64,000 nt of DNA from Oculina patagonica (lineage: Eukaryota), in contig NC_135765.1 in assembly GCF_052425735.1 (NCBI RefSeq), forward strand, positions 19,902,001-19,966,000, read 5' to 3'. The notes beneath the pieces are model-generated. The model did no database searches. It had not been told where the DNA came from and saw only the letters and a list, made by a program, of their open reading frames with translations. Each line of letters begins with the position of its first letter. Within the stretch, counting starts at the first letter, position 1. Position numbers and translations under genes: made by a program. Of this stretch, positions 19,547 through 32,900 are shown one piece after another.

Positions 19547-22500
19547 TCAAAAGAGTCGACTTGTGGACTCCGGTTTGCCATGCCTTCGGACCATCCTGGA
19601 AAATGCGTTCAGGAAACTTGCTGTATCCAACGAAAAGACTACCTCCAAATGAACTGCTCTTGAACTCGCACAAGTAAAGAGACACAAATAACGCTTCGCA
19701 GACACTTTTCTTGTCAGCTTGACAACGAATGGACCAGCAAAATCGACTCCGCAATGGGCGAAACATCGCACTGATGTTCCCAGCCTGACATCTGGTAGGA
19801 GTGCCATGATTTGTTCACCTCTGCGTTTTCTTTGAAGCTTACAGAAGTTGCACTCTCGTTCCCATCGCTTGATTTCTTCTCTGCCATTGACAATGCAGAA
19901 TTTTTGTCGTAGCTCAGCAAGAGTATATGTGCAACGACGAACTTCGAAATGTTATGTTTCTTCGGTAATATAACCGGGTGCTTAGCATCATAAGGTAAAC
20001 TGGACAACTCTAGTCTACCACCCACACGCAAGATTCCATCACTGTCCAAAAACGGTGACAATCTCCAAAGTTGGCTACTTTTAGAGACAGTTCCTCCTCC
20101 TTTCAAATCATCAGCTCTTCCGAAAAGTTCCTATTTGAGCTTTGCGAACCCAGTACTTCTCTGCATTCTCGATTTCCTCTGGTTCTAGGGTTTCTTTCAG
20201 GTAAGCGTTTGGCCCGATATTTTTCACCTGGTTATCACTTGACATATTTCTCTGCTCTTTCTGTAGTCCTGCTGTCTTACACTTGGATATAAATCGCAGG
20301 ACATACGCGGTGATTCTTAATTATCTGAGCCAGGACAAAAACCTCTCGGCATCAAGCAATGGAAGCGATTTCTTGCTTTAAAACGTGAGATTGATTTTCA
20401 ACAATTCTTGTTTGCCTTCTTTAGTGCAATCAGTCTGACCAGGTCGGCTTTCCGAGGGCCAGGATTCCTCCCCCTCGTGTAAGAAGGCAGGTCCCTGAAA
20501 CCAGCGGCTCTCAGCTGACAAATCTGTAAGGTCAAGACCCCTCGTTGTGTCATCAGCAGGGTTTTCTTCACTTGGCACGTGCCGCCATTGTGTTGGGCGT
20601 GATTTTCGCTGAATTTCTGCTACTCGATTAGCAACAAACGATTTCAGTCGTCTTGAATGACCTCTGATCCAGTAGATCACATCCATGCTGTCAGTCCACA
20701 TGGTGTGTTCACTTAGCGGTATTTCTAGTTTCTCAGAGACCGTTTGAGCTAGTCGCACTCCAAGCACCGCCGCCATTAATTTAAGGCGCGGGACGCTCAC
20801 AGCTTTGATCGGTGCTACTCTTGCTTTGGCTGTTACTAGGGCGGCGGAAATGTGACCACTCACAAGTGTGTATCTGGCGTAGCTGACTGCAGCATAAGAT
20901 AGTCTGGAAGCGTCGACGAACGTATGAAGCGATACTCATTCTACTTCCTCGTCGTGTCGAAAGCAACGTAGTATTTTCACCTTTGGAGCTTCGGGTAGAG
21001 TGGACTGCTGAGTGGACGCTTTCAAGTCGTCAGGAAACTCTTCATCCCAGTCAAGGCCTCCTAACCAAGATTCTTGCAGTGCCATCTTCGCTCTGATAGT
21101 GTATGGGGCTAGGAACTGGAGCGGATCAAACAGTGTGGCAATACGACTCAACAGTCCTCGTTTCATTCCATTTAACGCCTAATGTTTTGACACTCGGCAG
21201 CTCTGATTCGTCGAACTTCACCCCAGTTGCTCGATCGTTCTCTGGAATCCCTTCTAGCACTTTCATTCGATTACTACACCACTTTTGTGCATGGAAACTG
21301 GCGTCACTCAGGAGTTTAGTTAAGTCCTCACGCACGAGAATAGCATCTGTTTCTGAATCCATAATGTCATCCATGTACATATCTTGAATCATAACCTGAG
21401 CTGCTGTTGGGTACTTGTCTACAAAGTCTTGGGCGTGACTGCGAACTACGAACTGAGCAAGGTAAGGGGATGCTCTGTCTTCAAACACTAGGCGAACTGC
21501 TTCATAAACATCAACAGGCTTTGACACATCCAGGTACCTCCATAACAGTCTGTGATATCTGCGGTCTTTTTCAGCGAGTTTTTTTTTCAGCAACAGGTTT
21601 CTGTCGAAAACAAAGTAGAATCTCCAGAACATCTCTCTGAAGCTTTGGTCCCGTAAGCATCGCGTCATTCAACGACGCTCCTTTGCATTTCGCAGCCGAG
21701 TCAAATACACCCTGCGAGCAGATCCCCTTCTTTTTCCACTGATATATGAGAAGAAGGGGCTCTGAAGTTGTGTATTTTTTTTTTGGGGGGGTTTTTTTTC
21801 GGGGGGGCTTTTCCCCCCGGGGGCTTTTTTTTTTTTTCTACCGTTTTTTTAAAAAAAACACCCCACAAAAAGAAGCCAACCCCCAACCCCCCCGGAAACT
21901 TTCTACTTTCCAAATCTCAACCGTAGGGAAGTTAAAAGAGGCTCTGCTCGCAGGGTGAGTCAAATACTATGCGTACTTTTGTGGTCTCTCTATACTCTCG
22001 GATGACTGGGAAGTGAGGAAGATACCAGCTTGGACCGTCATTCACAACTTCAGTCTCTACCTTTCGGATATAGTCCTTGTCAATGTTCGCGTTCATTGCT
22101 TCCTTGTAACGTTGTGCAAACTCCGGCTTTTTGAGTAGGCTCTTTTCAAGCGAGTACAGACGTTTTTCTGCCTCTTCTCTGTTATCAGGTACAGAGGGTA
22201 ATTCTTCCTTCCACGGAATTGCGACCTTTCGTCTTGACTTAATTGGTTAACATCTAAATTTCGAACTCCGAGAGAGTCAATCTCCCACATTTCTCGCAAT
22301 TGTTCATCAAGGCGTGTCTCACTTAAGGTCTGCGTTCGGAAGGTTCTGGCAAAAGTATTTCTCTTAGCTGAAGGCAGGGCGGGAAAACGTCCAAACACGA
22401 GTCCACCCCGAGGGCGTTTTCCTTGCCACCGGTGCTCCAATTGGCCCATAGCACTCTGACAAGGCTAAGGACAATTCGGGATGGTCTGACCCAATAAGAA

Positions 22501-22570
22501 TGCCAATCGTTTTCCTGCCAGGGATTTTATCGACAAATGCTAGAGCCTTTTGATGCGGGTGGAAGGACCA
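19547..22570 (-). mobile_element. Degenerate BEL/Pao LTR-retrotransposon pol (RT-RNase H-integrase)
   Basis: Frameshifted ORFs with YMDD (RT), KARVAP..SVPRL.L and WTDS (Pao RNase H), LSPFLD.DG.LRVGGRL, GVDFAGPF, LFTC...RAVHLE (integrase). No LTRs identified. Confidence 0.9.
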
Positions 22571-23777
22571 AAAAATTTGTGTTACAATGACAACGACTCC
22601 GATTGACTAATTCGAAATGAAACGACTCAATAACTTCTATTCGAACGACCTTTTCGTATCCACCAGCGATAAACGAATGCAAAAGACTCTAAAACTAAAG
22701 TCAAAGTTCCGTAGGATAAAAAAATAATTATTCCCTATGAGGTGCGGCTTAAACAAACATTCACCGCAACACATTCTTTATTCACAAGGCTTGATAAATT
22801 TTTATTTCACTTGAAGAAGGGGGCCATTATATGACCGTGATTATCTATCAAATCCCACCAGCCCCCCCCTCCCCTCCATAAAAAATGAACCCTCCCTTAT
22901 ACATAGCAAAGGTGACACTAGTGGGTTAACAAAAGTGCGTAAACTTTCATCAACTCTTGTACACAAGAGAAAAACAAAACGTAAAAAAATAACAGTGAAA
23001 CCCAGAGAATTCTGAATGAAGTGATCCCAGTAACCTACTACATGTAGTACTTCAAAAATATGATGTCTGCACAAACGGAAAATGCCGTCCCAAGGAAAAA
23101 ACAAAACAAGGCCATAACAACAATAATAAAGAGTAAGAACGACACTTAAATTATGACTAACATGGATACTTTATTTCTCATTTACAATGAAAAAGAAAGG
23201 AAAAGAAACATAGACATGAAATGAAACGGTTTTTTAAGCTGATCTGTGCCTTTAATTCTTATATTGTTCCAAATATAAAATTGGCCACCGTGTGTCTAGA
23301 TAACAGTATTTGAATTTGACAACTGTAGCTGTTCCAATTACGCAAAAAAGCAATCAGAAATAAGAATTTTGTTTCGCAAACAACTTGGGCTGAAACGCGA
23401 GAAAAGCCATAAAGATTATTAAGGCTACGCCGGCAGATCCGTCCGAGTTTTTTTTGTTTACTTCTCAGTTATGACAAAATAGTTTTAAAATTAATTGTAA
23501 CACCACTTTTTTGAAAACAGCATCTACACAACAGCTTATATGCGCACTTTTTCCCCCACAGATACAGTTGGTTTTTTTTACATTTTACATACCTCTACTT
23601 AAATGGCTAAAGGATCCCTTAGCATAGTTTGGATTAGAACACTGCAAAAATACATTCTTTCAAGTGATATATATATATATGTCCTAAAGACGACACTTGT
23701 ATGCAGACAAGTAATCCTTTTTTTTTTGCATAGAGTACGTATGTTTGTCTTGGCCTTATTGCTCTGATAATGCAACA

Positions 23778-23924
23778 TCAGGCCTCAGATGCTATTAGCT
23801 GTGGATTGATTGCAACACTCTTTGTACAGTTATCAGTCTTAAAAATACCAATTAGTCGATCAGCCAACTCAAACATATTATTCCGTAAGCTGATGATAAT
23901 AAACTGAGCATTCTTTGTCCTCTC
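23778..23924 (-). CDS. SMC4: SMC4 last exon ([14 protein letters not shown]...IASEA*)
   Basis: ttttag acceptor; TGA at 23778-23780. Confidence 0.95.
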   Translation of the reverse strand, partial: ERTKNAQFIIISLRNNMFELADRLIGIFKTDNCTKSVAINPQLIASEA

Positions 23925-26900
23925 CTAAAAGAAATAAAAGAGATTAAGTAGCAATGTCAAAAAAAAAAAAAAAAAAAAAGTTAGTCAATGTTACTTTTTA
24001 TGTAAAAAACCCTCTAAAGTTGTATCTTTGGTAAAATTAAACCAATGACCCAGTGCATTTTATTTTGTATTGTCTTTGCATGCTTCTTTACAATGAAAAA
24101 GCCTAAAATAACTACAAACTAAAACAGATCAGTTTCTGGACTACAAACATTGTGGAAGTCATGGATTTATAACCCTATATTTCTTAATATTTGGCACATT
24201 GCACATTAGCTAGCAATCATCTCTATCACTATACCATTTCAAACTATGCACAACTGCCATGTTGAACTTGATTTAGTGCAGGTGAACCTAGTCCTAGAGG
24301 CAGCATTATAATATGAACACCTCCTTAGCAAGGTCCTGTCCCTATACATTTTCCTAAACAATAAAACCCCTATGGGCAGTTGTGCAACACTGACAACGTA
24401 TGGACACCGTCAATATTCAATGACCTCTAAAACCAAACAAAACTCTGGAAATACATAATCCATTGCTCAAATTGTTAATAATGAGATACAGGTATGCATT
24501 TGTCAATACTGACATGGTCAAAACCATAAAACTTGAAATTATTTGAAAAACCTTAACTACAATGTAGAACTTTTCATTGTCTGTACTAGGGATTAACAAC
24601 TCGTACCCTTATAAAGTATACTGACCTTGATATAGTTTGCCACAATAGACACATTCCTAAAGTCAAGAGCAGCATCAATTTCATCCATCACATACAGAGG
24701 TGTTGGTTTGTAGTGATGAAGAGCAAATACCTACATAACAATTGAGAAAGAAATGGCATTAACAATTCTGTAGTACACCCAAAACAATTATTTTGTGATT
24801 GGTCGAAAGAACCATGAATTAACCAAAATTGCCCTCTGTACCCATGCATCTTTCAAATGGAAATGTGCACAATTAAATAACTTATCTTATTTTGACTATT
24901 GATTAATTGATTTCGATGGATCGGTCATGCCAGTTATTTCAGCATCTGTAGTAATTGTTTGAAGATGACTGGGAAACAAACTTAAGATTTGCAGCTGTTA
25001 TTTGGGACATCACACAATACCTCTTCGCACAAAAACCCACTTTAACATAAACTGGATATAGTACACCTGTCACAATATCGATCAGGTTTTTAAAAATTTA
25101 AACTCTTTTCAATTTTATTCTTGTGGGTGCCAAATTTAAATTAAAAATCACAAATTGACTCAAATACAAGCTACACAGAGAACAAAACAAGGATGAGACA
25201 ATTGTGTGAGTTTACTTACAAATCATAACAAACAACCGCACTCATCCTTAAAATGCAATAGATTGCTCCTGCATTATGCTTGGATACCCACAAACAATGT
25301 TTTCAAGTTGAGGCTCAGGTGGACAAAATACAAAATATAAAACTGTCCACACAAGCCTTGCCTAGAAACTATTGTTTGCAGGTATCCAAGCGAAATGCTG
25401 GTAAGGTCTATTATTATACATTAGAATTCTTTTGAAACATGTGATTGGTTGAGAGCATTCAGCCAATATACAGTAGCATGTGAACTCAACATGATAACCC
25501 AGTATCTGCTGAGAAACCACGAGAGGGGAGGACGAAAAAGAGACGACGGGCCCAGAGACAAGACCACAGAGAGAGAAACCAAGGAGGCCAGAAAGCAAAA
25601 GAAAGCAGATGGAGGAGGGACAGCGCCACCAGCCAACCGCCCAACAGAGCGCGCGACACAGGGGACGGAGCCCAGAACGCCAGCCAGCACGAAGAAAGAC
25701 CAGTCCCGGTGAAATGGCTAATGGGTTATCATGTTGAGTTCAAAGTCCACCTAGTTTCCAAGTCCCTCGTCCGTGTAGTGCTGTCAAACTTTTGAAAATA
25801 TGGCTGAGCGATTCGCCTCCGTTTCCGAAAAGGAATTGAAAGTTTTGATCGAGAATAAAGATTCTAAAAACACCAAGTGTAAAAATTCTGAATGATTATT
25901 TGAGGGAGAAGAACCTGGAGGAACCTCAAGATAAAACCGCTTTGGCCAATGTTCAGACTAAGTTTTAAGCCGGCGCTAGAAAAAAACTGATGGCAAATTG
26001 TTTGAAAACGTATAATAAAACAATTACTGAATTCGGTTTTCGCATATTGTGAATATCAAAACCTCGTGTCTGTGTTATCTGCCTCAGTCTTCGGCTTCGG
26101 CAGATAACATAGACCTCAGTTTTGATAATTCATGATATCATGCTCAACCTCATCCAATAATTGCTTATTATCTGCTAGTGAATTGATTGTCCTCTCACCA
26201 AAGCCAGTGAACTTAGAGTCTTCTCTCCTCCTGATAAGTTAGAGATGTTTTTCCAGCTTTTCTTTGGTGGCCTCACACTAAAATTCAAAACAGAACATGT
26301 ATTCCAAATAGAATTTGTCCAGAGTTGTCTTGAAAGCAAAATTTGAAGTCTGTAAAATATGTTTAGATTTCTTTATCAGACTAGACATACTAGTTCCTTT
26401 GAAATAACTTATGGCAACCACAAGTGGCAAGGTGAAACTCATTTAACTACATTTTCTTTAAAGTACCAGTAATATATATATATTTCTTTAGAGTAATATA
26501 AAACCCTTGAATTAAAGGGGCTGGTTATTTACTTGTTTAAATGCTGGATATTGGCTGCGGTCACATCTACGACGTAACTAAAGTTTAACTATAGTTAGTC
26601 TCAAGTTACGTGACGTCATACCTAACTATTATAGTTAGTGCTTTCGGTCGTCTTAGCGGTCACACCAATGCAGTTAACTATAATTAGTTCTGATTAGCTT
26701 TTGAATAATTCTGAATTTAAATTAGTTCGTGACAGCCCTTGTTGTTGATCTTTGTCTAGTTGTTCCTCTATTTTTTCTATTTTTATAGTTTGGGTGAACA
26801 GAGAAGCGGTCACATTGCTGAAATAGCTAACTATAGTTAACGATGTCTTAACTATAGTTAGTAGTCTAGATGTGACCGCAGCCATTGTGTGTCTCACAGT

Positions 26901-29900
26901 GTTATGAAACAATAAATAGTAAAAACAAAGCAGAATTTATCGGCTGATAGAAAATAATCAATTACTGTTCTTTTTGTATCTGATTCCTGCATATTATGTG
27001 GCAAGCTGACGGCCAACAACACCAGAACCTGCCTCGGTCACAGTTATCTTCTATGTTATAGGAAAAACAAAACTTAACTAAAAACACATGTTCAACAGCA
27101 AATACATGTAAGTAGCTACCTGAAAACAATTCCTTCAGAAAAAGGATCAAGGCTATCCACCAACTCCAATTCAGCATCACCACCAAGCGTAATCATCTAG
27201 TAAACAGAATAAACAACCATGTAAGTAAGGCAGCCCTCAATACCGCAATTTGCAATTGTAAAAATCATCCTCTCAAAATAATTATTTTTTCTTTTAATCC
27301 TCATAACAGAGTTGGATAACTTTTCAATGTTGCTGCACGGACAAAGACGTCCAGTTAGAAACATGCATGTGTATACATGTATGGTATAATTTGGATTTTT
27401 CCGTTTTTTATGTTTATTTAACAACTATTCACTGAAGTGGAGGTCGCTAATGGTGGATACTTACCTCTAGAGGTAAATATCAACCACTAGCCACTACATT
27501 GAGGTGAATAGTTGTTTTAGTTGTTTGCTTTAAACGTGATATTGACAGAAACATTAATTTTCTGATCTGAAAGTTCTATAAATTGCTTTTATCCACATCA
27601 AAAATGCTATAATCCCACCACTCTCGGTTTTTGGAAAATTCTTTAGCATGCTAGTTTAAGTGTGCCCTCACACACTTAGCATGTTGTGCTATCTTGCACG
27701 CTAAGCATGTTGTGTTATTTTACACACTAAGTGTTTTATCGCACGCTGCATTGTTCGTATTTGCACACCTTATTTTTATACGAAAAAATGGAGTTTCCTA
27801 GTGAAGTGTGTTCTTGAACACGCTTTGCGCTTGCTAAAACCAATTTCTTTTGTTTAAAGGTGAAAGCGTGCCGTGATCGTGAGCGTGCTATCAACTTTTT
27901 CCCTGTTGCCGTGGAAAGTCACATATATATATTATTTAGTAGAAAGGAGATCAAACGCTTATTACAGCAAAAGAAGATCCAAGTTATCTTACTTCGATGG
28001 ACCCAGAATAGCAATTAAATACTGTAACAGGAATGTGGACTTTGTTCCGGACTATTATGCAACTGGTTTTAAATGTTTAAGTTGTGATTTCAAGGCCAGA
28101 AATTTAATGGGAGCCGTTTGTAAAATATTAAACAACAGCATAACATTTTTTCGGTGAATCTTTCCGTTTATGAATCACAACTTGACAGAATTTTCTTACT
28201 CTCAAAATCCCGGAAAAGTGTGACACCATTCTAGACACCCTATAAAAAATGCTTGAAAAGGTGACCTCATCAATAGAGTGTTTTTCGGTTAATTAGATGC
28301 TGTTGGCTTTGTAAGTGTTTTTTAAATGATTAACATGCTAAAATACGGTTTAACATAGAAATGACTACGGAAAATACCCGTAACAAAGGACATGATGAGC
28401 CTTAAGTCCTTAGCAACTGAAAACAGTCCTCTGGATCCCGCAGATTGTTTTTTTTTACTCCTCTATCTCAGTGTGTAGTCCAGAAGCTTGAAGCATTCCA
28501 TTGTAATGTTCAATATCCCTGCCATTAATCATTTCTGTTCAACTAATTGTGCAGACTTTTTTTTAGTGCAAATGTGTCACAGTCCTGAAATATGCATGGA
28601 AGTGTGCACATGTATATAATAAAAAGTTCTATTTTGGTCATTAAAAAGCTTCAGAGAAGACTTGACGTGGAGTGCTGCACAGGACTCCATCTGTGTCAGG
28701 AAAATCTGTGATCCAATCTCAACAAATGTCAAAAGAACAATCCAGCCCCTTGAAATAAACGGGAATGCCTCCAAACAGCCGCTTCATATTAGATAATGTA
28801 CACAAAAGTGTTAAAACTCTTAGCTGGTAAAACAGCAAATCACATGCGATGATAGCTTCCGAGTCACTCCATTGCAACTTGACCGTGTGAATTTTTGAAC
28901 TTCTGGTTACTTGTGGCTTGTTTCCTTTTTTCTATTCATGTTTTTCTTGTATACCTTAAAATTCTCAACTAAAAAATTTCTTAAAGCCCATGTCAATTAA
29001 ACTTGCAATTAAAGTTTCAGCCTCTAATTTGGAGGAAAAAGCTACGGCTATATGACAGGGTATACTTATTTTGCCCATGAACACACCGCTTGTATGGAAA
29101 TCATTATAGCATAGTTCACCTGATACATTTCTTTCAGCTTAGTAGTGATCACAGAAAAACCTGCCATGAACTCATCAAGGCGCTGTTTACGCATGGCCTC
29201 GTGCTCTTTTCTTTTCTGATCGCGCTCTGATGTCACTTCATCAAGTTCCTTCACTCGTGCCAGATAAGCTTCTTCCTGCAAAAAACAATAGAAATGCGTG
29301 ATTTTACATAGCTTCCATGGAAAACCATCCTCAACTTTTACTGGCTTGTAAAACATTCCTTACAGTAGGGAATCAATAGAATTTAATTCTTTTATGAATG
29401 AACACTCAGTGGGTCCTTGGTCAGCCCTGTTTTTTTAATCCTTTCTGCTTATCGAGTAATAATTTTCTTTATTAACCATACAATCCATACATACATAACT
29501 TTATTTAATCTCGGGTTGATGAGGGTTGTTGGGCCACTAGCAAATACAAAAATTGCTAATTTGCCGACAAACTAAAATAAATAAAACTATTACAAGATAA
29601 ACAAAGTAAGAATATAAGGGGAAAAAAAGAGAACCTATCCAATAAACTTAGCTAAGAATATTGGCCCTTAGTCTTTTTTATGGACTTCTCTAGGCTCAAT
29701 CTCGATAGGCACGATTGGTCCATGGGCCAATATTCTATCACTACAGCCCTTGATCCTGAAATAATAGAAGATTCAAATTCTTAACATGTATACAAAATAC
29801 CTTTTTACGATATTCTGCAATAGCTGCCATGTTAGGCTTCATCTGTTTAAGTTTCTCCTCCAGAACAGTGATTTCATACTGGAAAGAAGACTGTGTTAGT

Positions 29901-32900
29901 AATCTTATACCAAATGAGATACGTAGAACAGGGTGGGCACCATGGCTGTGTAAACTCTTATAAAACACAATTTCAAGTGCACTTTTATAATAAATATTTA
30001 AGAGTGAATTTTTTCAAAGTTTAACAAAATTGCACTAAGTAACTCACTTGTGCTTATAATAATATTTATTCCAAATCATGTAATTAATTGTAATAGTTAT
30101 CAAAAAAGTATAATTTCACTTTTGGACTCAAATACAATGCCTGCACTGTTTGGGATTAATTGACATGCTCCCTGCCAATCAGTGTACAGAAATTATACAA
30201 TCAAACACATTCTACTGTTGCAAAAACATGTTTTGTGTAAGAAATAAACATCACATCAAACCTTACAAGATGTGCCTTGTCTACTTTTAAGCTTAACTTA
30301 TATTTTATATGAAAACTTGTAGAGTTTTGCATTTACTGGTACTTTTGAAAATCAAAAGAACTTGTCTTAAGAACTGGTGATGACAATAATATTTTTTAAA
30401 AATATTCTTATACATTACCATAACAGTTTCTTTATCAATACCCTCCAGTTCATCACGTGTTAGAGTTGGTAGGCTCTCTTCTGGTTCTGCATCAGCTGAT
30501 GAAGTCAATGACTGCAGTGACAACTTACTCAACTATGGACAAACAAAAGTTTAGAATATAAGCAGCAAGTTTGAGCTCACCTACACTTGAATAAAAATCT
30601 AATTGTGAACTGTCAAGGCTGTGCTCTAAGAAAAATTACAAGGAGCCCAAAGGCTCCGAACTATGAGATCCAGGGTGCCCAGCATAAAGCTTATATGAAA
30701 GAAATAAGATTATCTGGTCACCCAAAGACAAAAGTTAGTTGCCTCAGGCACCCGGGCACCTTTAGAGCACAGCCTTTGAACTCTGCATCAAAAATCTTAA
30801 TTTTCCTTTACAAACCATTTGAATGTGCTGTCTGGTCAAAATTTGTTTTTTCTAAAATATTTTTTTTAATATTTTCAGACCTTAAAAGTTGTAGTTTTAT
30901 AGAAAGGCAGCAAAAGGAAAGAGACGGAATAAAATTAAATGACCAAAAAATCTATATTGATTGTATTTTATTAAAATACCGTAATATAAAAAATGACCCT
31001 TATTTCTTTGATATGAAACTACCATATTTTGGTCAGTTACAGTTTAGTTTAAAATGAAGTCAATATGGGAAGTCTGCAAGGTGTAATATTTTATTAATGG
31101 TGAATTTGATTTGTTCTTGCCCATTCCATTCTGGTTAAATGTAATTTTAAAAAACATGAAAAAGTCCTTGCAGGATCTGGGCTAAGTTTTTCAAACAAAC
31201 TGTACAAAAATGTTAACAGCATTACCAAGCAATGTTTCTGAAACATAAAGGGACCTAAACCTAAACTGGATGCTTGTTCATTGCAGATTTCCCAACTTCC
31301 ACCACTGATCCATTGACGTGGCTCATAACGGTTTAAAGATTCCCATCTTTGGCATTCTATCAGAGCTAAACCAATAATTTTAATGAATTACTTGAAGGTT
31401 GCTGTGGAAAATGTCAAAAAAGTTAACATCTACCCAATATCTACGACCTTTTGAGACTAATAACTTACATGTATAAACTTCTTGGTGAAAGTGTTTGTTT
31501 TTTATATATATATTTTGGTCTTATCAGTAAAGATGGGCCAATACTATTTTTTAAATGATATGAAACTGGCCCTTCTCTGTGATATTGATATATCAATACT
31601 GATACTTTGATGCCATTGGCTTACCTGGATGTTGAGATTTGTTTGACCAAACAAAGGACAGTTTGGAACTGTAAATGTTGATCATTGATGTTTTTCTTTT
31701 TCAGTTGCATGAACAAGGTATAGACATCAAGTCAAAGAAGTGGAAGAATTTAATTTATTGACAAAAATATTGTTAAATTTAATTATAAACATCAGGTGCT
31801 GACCAGGAGACCACAGGTTCAGATCATGAGCAGTATTGAAAATGAATTGAAAGAATCGATATTTTTCTATTTTGCATATCAGCCCATCCTTACAAATCTG
31901 CACAAAAATCATTCTTTGACTTGCAAATTTTTAACATTCACAAAGTGGCTCTGAACTCAACCAACATTTTTTTTTTCAAAATTCATAGAAATGTTCCTTT
32001 TGTCCATTAGACAAAAATGTGTCACAAATAAAAACTTTCAACAAGCAAGCAACCAAAATTATTAGACTCAATCTTTTTCAGGTTGCTATGGCAACATTTT
32101 GACGTCAATTTAGTCAGACCCTGTTAATCAGTAATATTGTTGGGCTAGCAGTATAAAGTAAACAAAATTCCAAAGACAGGAAGATCTAAGGACCCCCTGA
32201 TCCTCTCTATCTCTACTACAACATTCTATAACCATTAATTCACTGCACATCTACAGATCAGTGGAAAGAGATCATGCCTTTAATTGCTCATAGGATTGAA
32301 CAACTACATTTAGCGTGACAACATACCTCTTTTTGCCAATGTTTGACTTTCTGTTGATTCTCTTTCAAAACCGTCTCATATTTCTCAACCTCGTGTTTTA
32401 TGTCCACCTCTTGACTCTTCAGTTTAGTCTCTTCCTGCTCAAGTTCTGTTAATTCCTTTCTTAAACCCTCCAAAGATTCTTCCATTGCTGACATTTCTTG
32501 CTGTATAGTTACATAAAAGACAAGCTACTTAAATGAAACTGGATTTGAATAATGTAGTAATGGTCACCAGAAAACAGAAACAATAAAGATAAAATACAGC
32601 ACAAAGGTTTCCTTTATGCTGTATTTTTTATTGCAGCATTACTCAAGCAAAACATTTAAACTTGAATAAATACAACTTTTAAACTTGTATGGATGTCCCG
32701 AACATTGGCTTGTGGAAGCCTATGTTCGGCTTGACATATCAGTCACAATGTGAATATATTGGTTAACAGCCCTGGGGGTGGGGGGGACTCGCATATGAAA
32801 GTGACGGGGATGCTCGTCGCTCGCTTAGAGGTGTAAATTTTGGATTTTTGGTATTGCTTAGGGTGTTTCGGGCAAAAGACCAAAGAATATTTTAAGCCAT

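Noticed and set aside
21701-21958. Low-complexity ORFs inside the BEL/Pao relic
   Set aside because: Homopolymer-inflated stretch resembling the gap edge; probably poor sequence quality.
25362-25712. Overlapping 78-89-aa ORFs
   Set aside because: Products of a purine-skewed repeat insert; no domain or splice support.
28388-28430. ATGATGA...CTGA as a C/D snoRNA or hammerhead
   Set aside because: Spacing is too short, no convincing stems, and it is antisense to the host gene.
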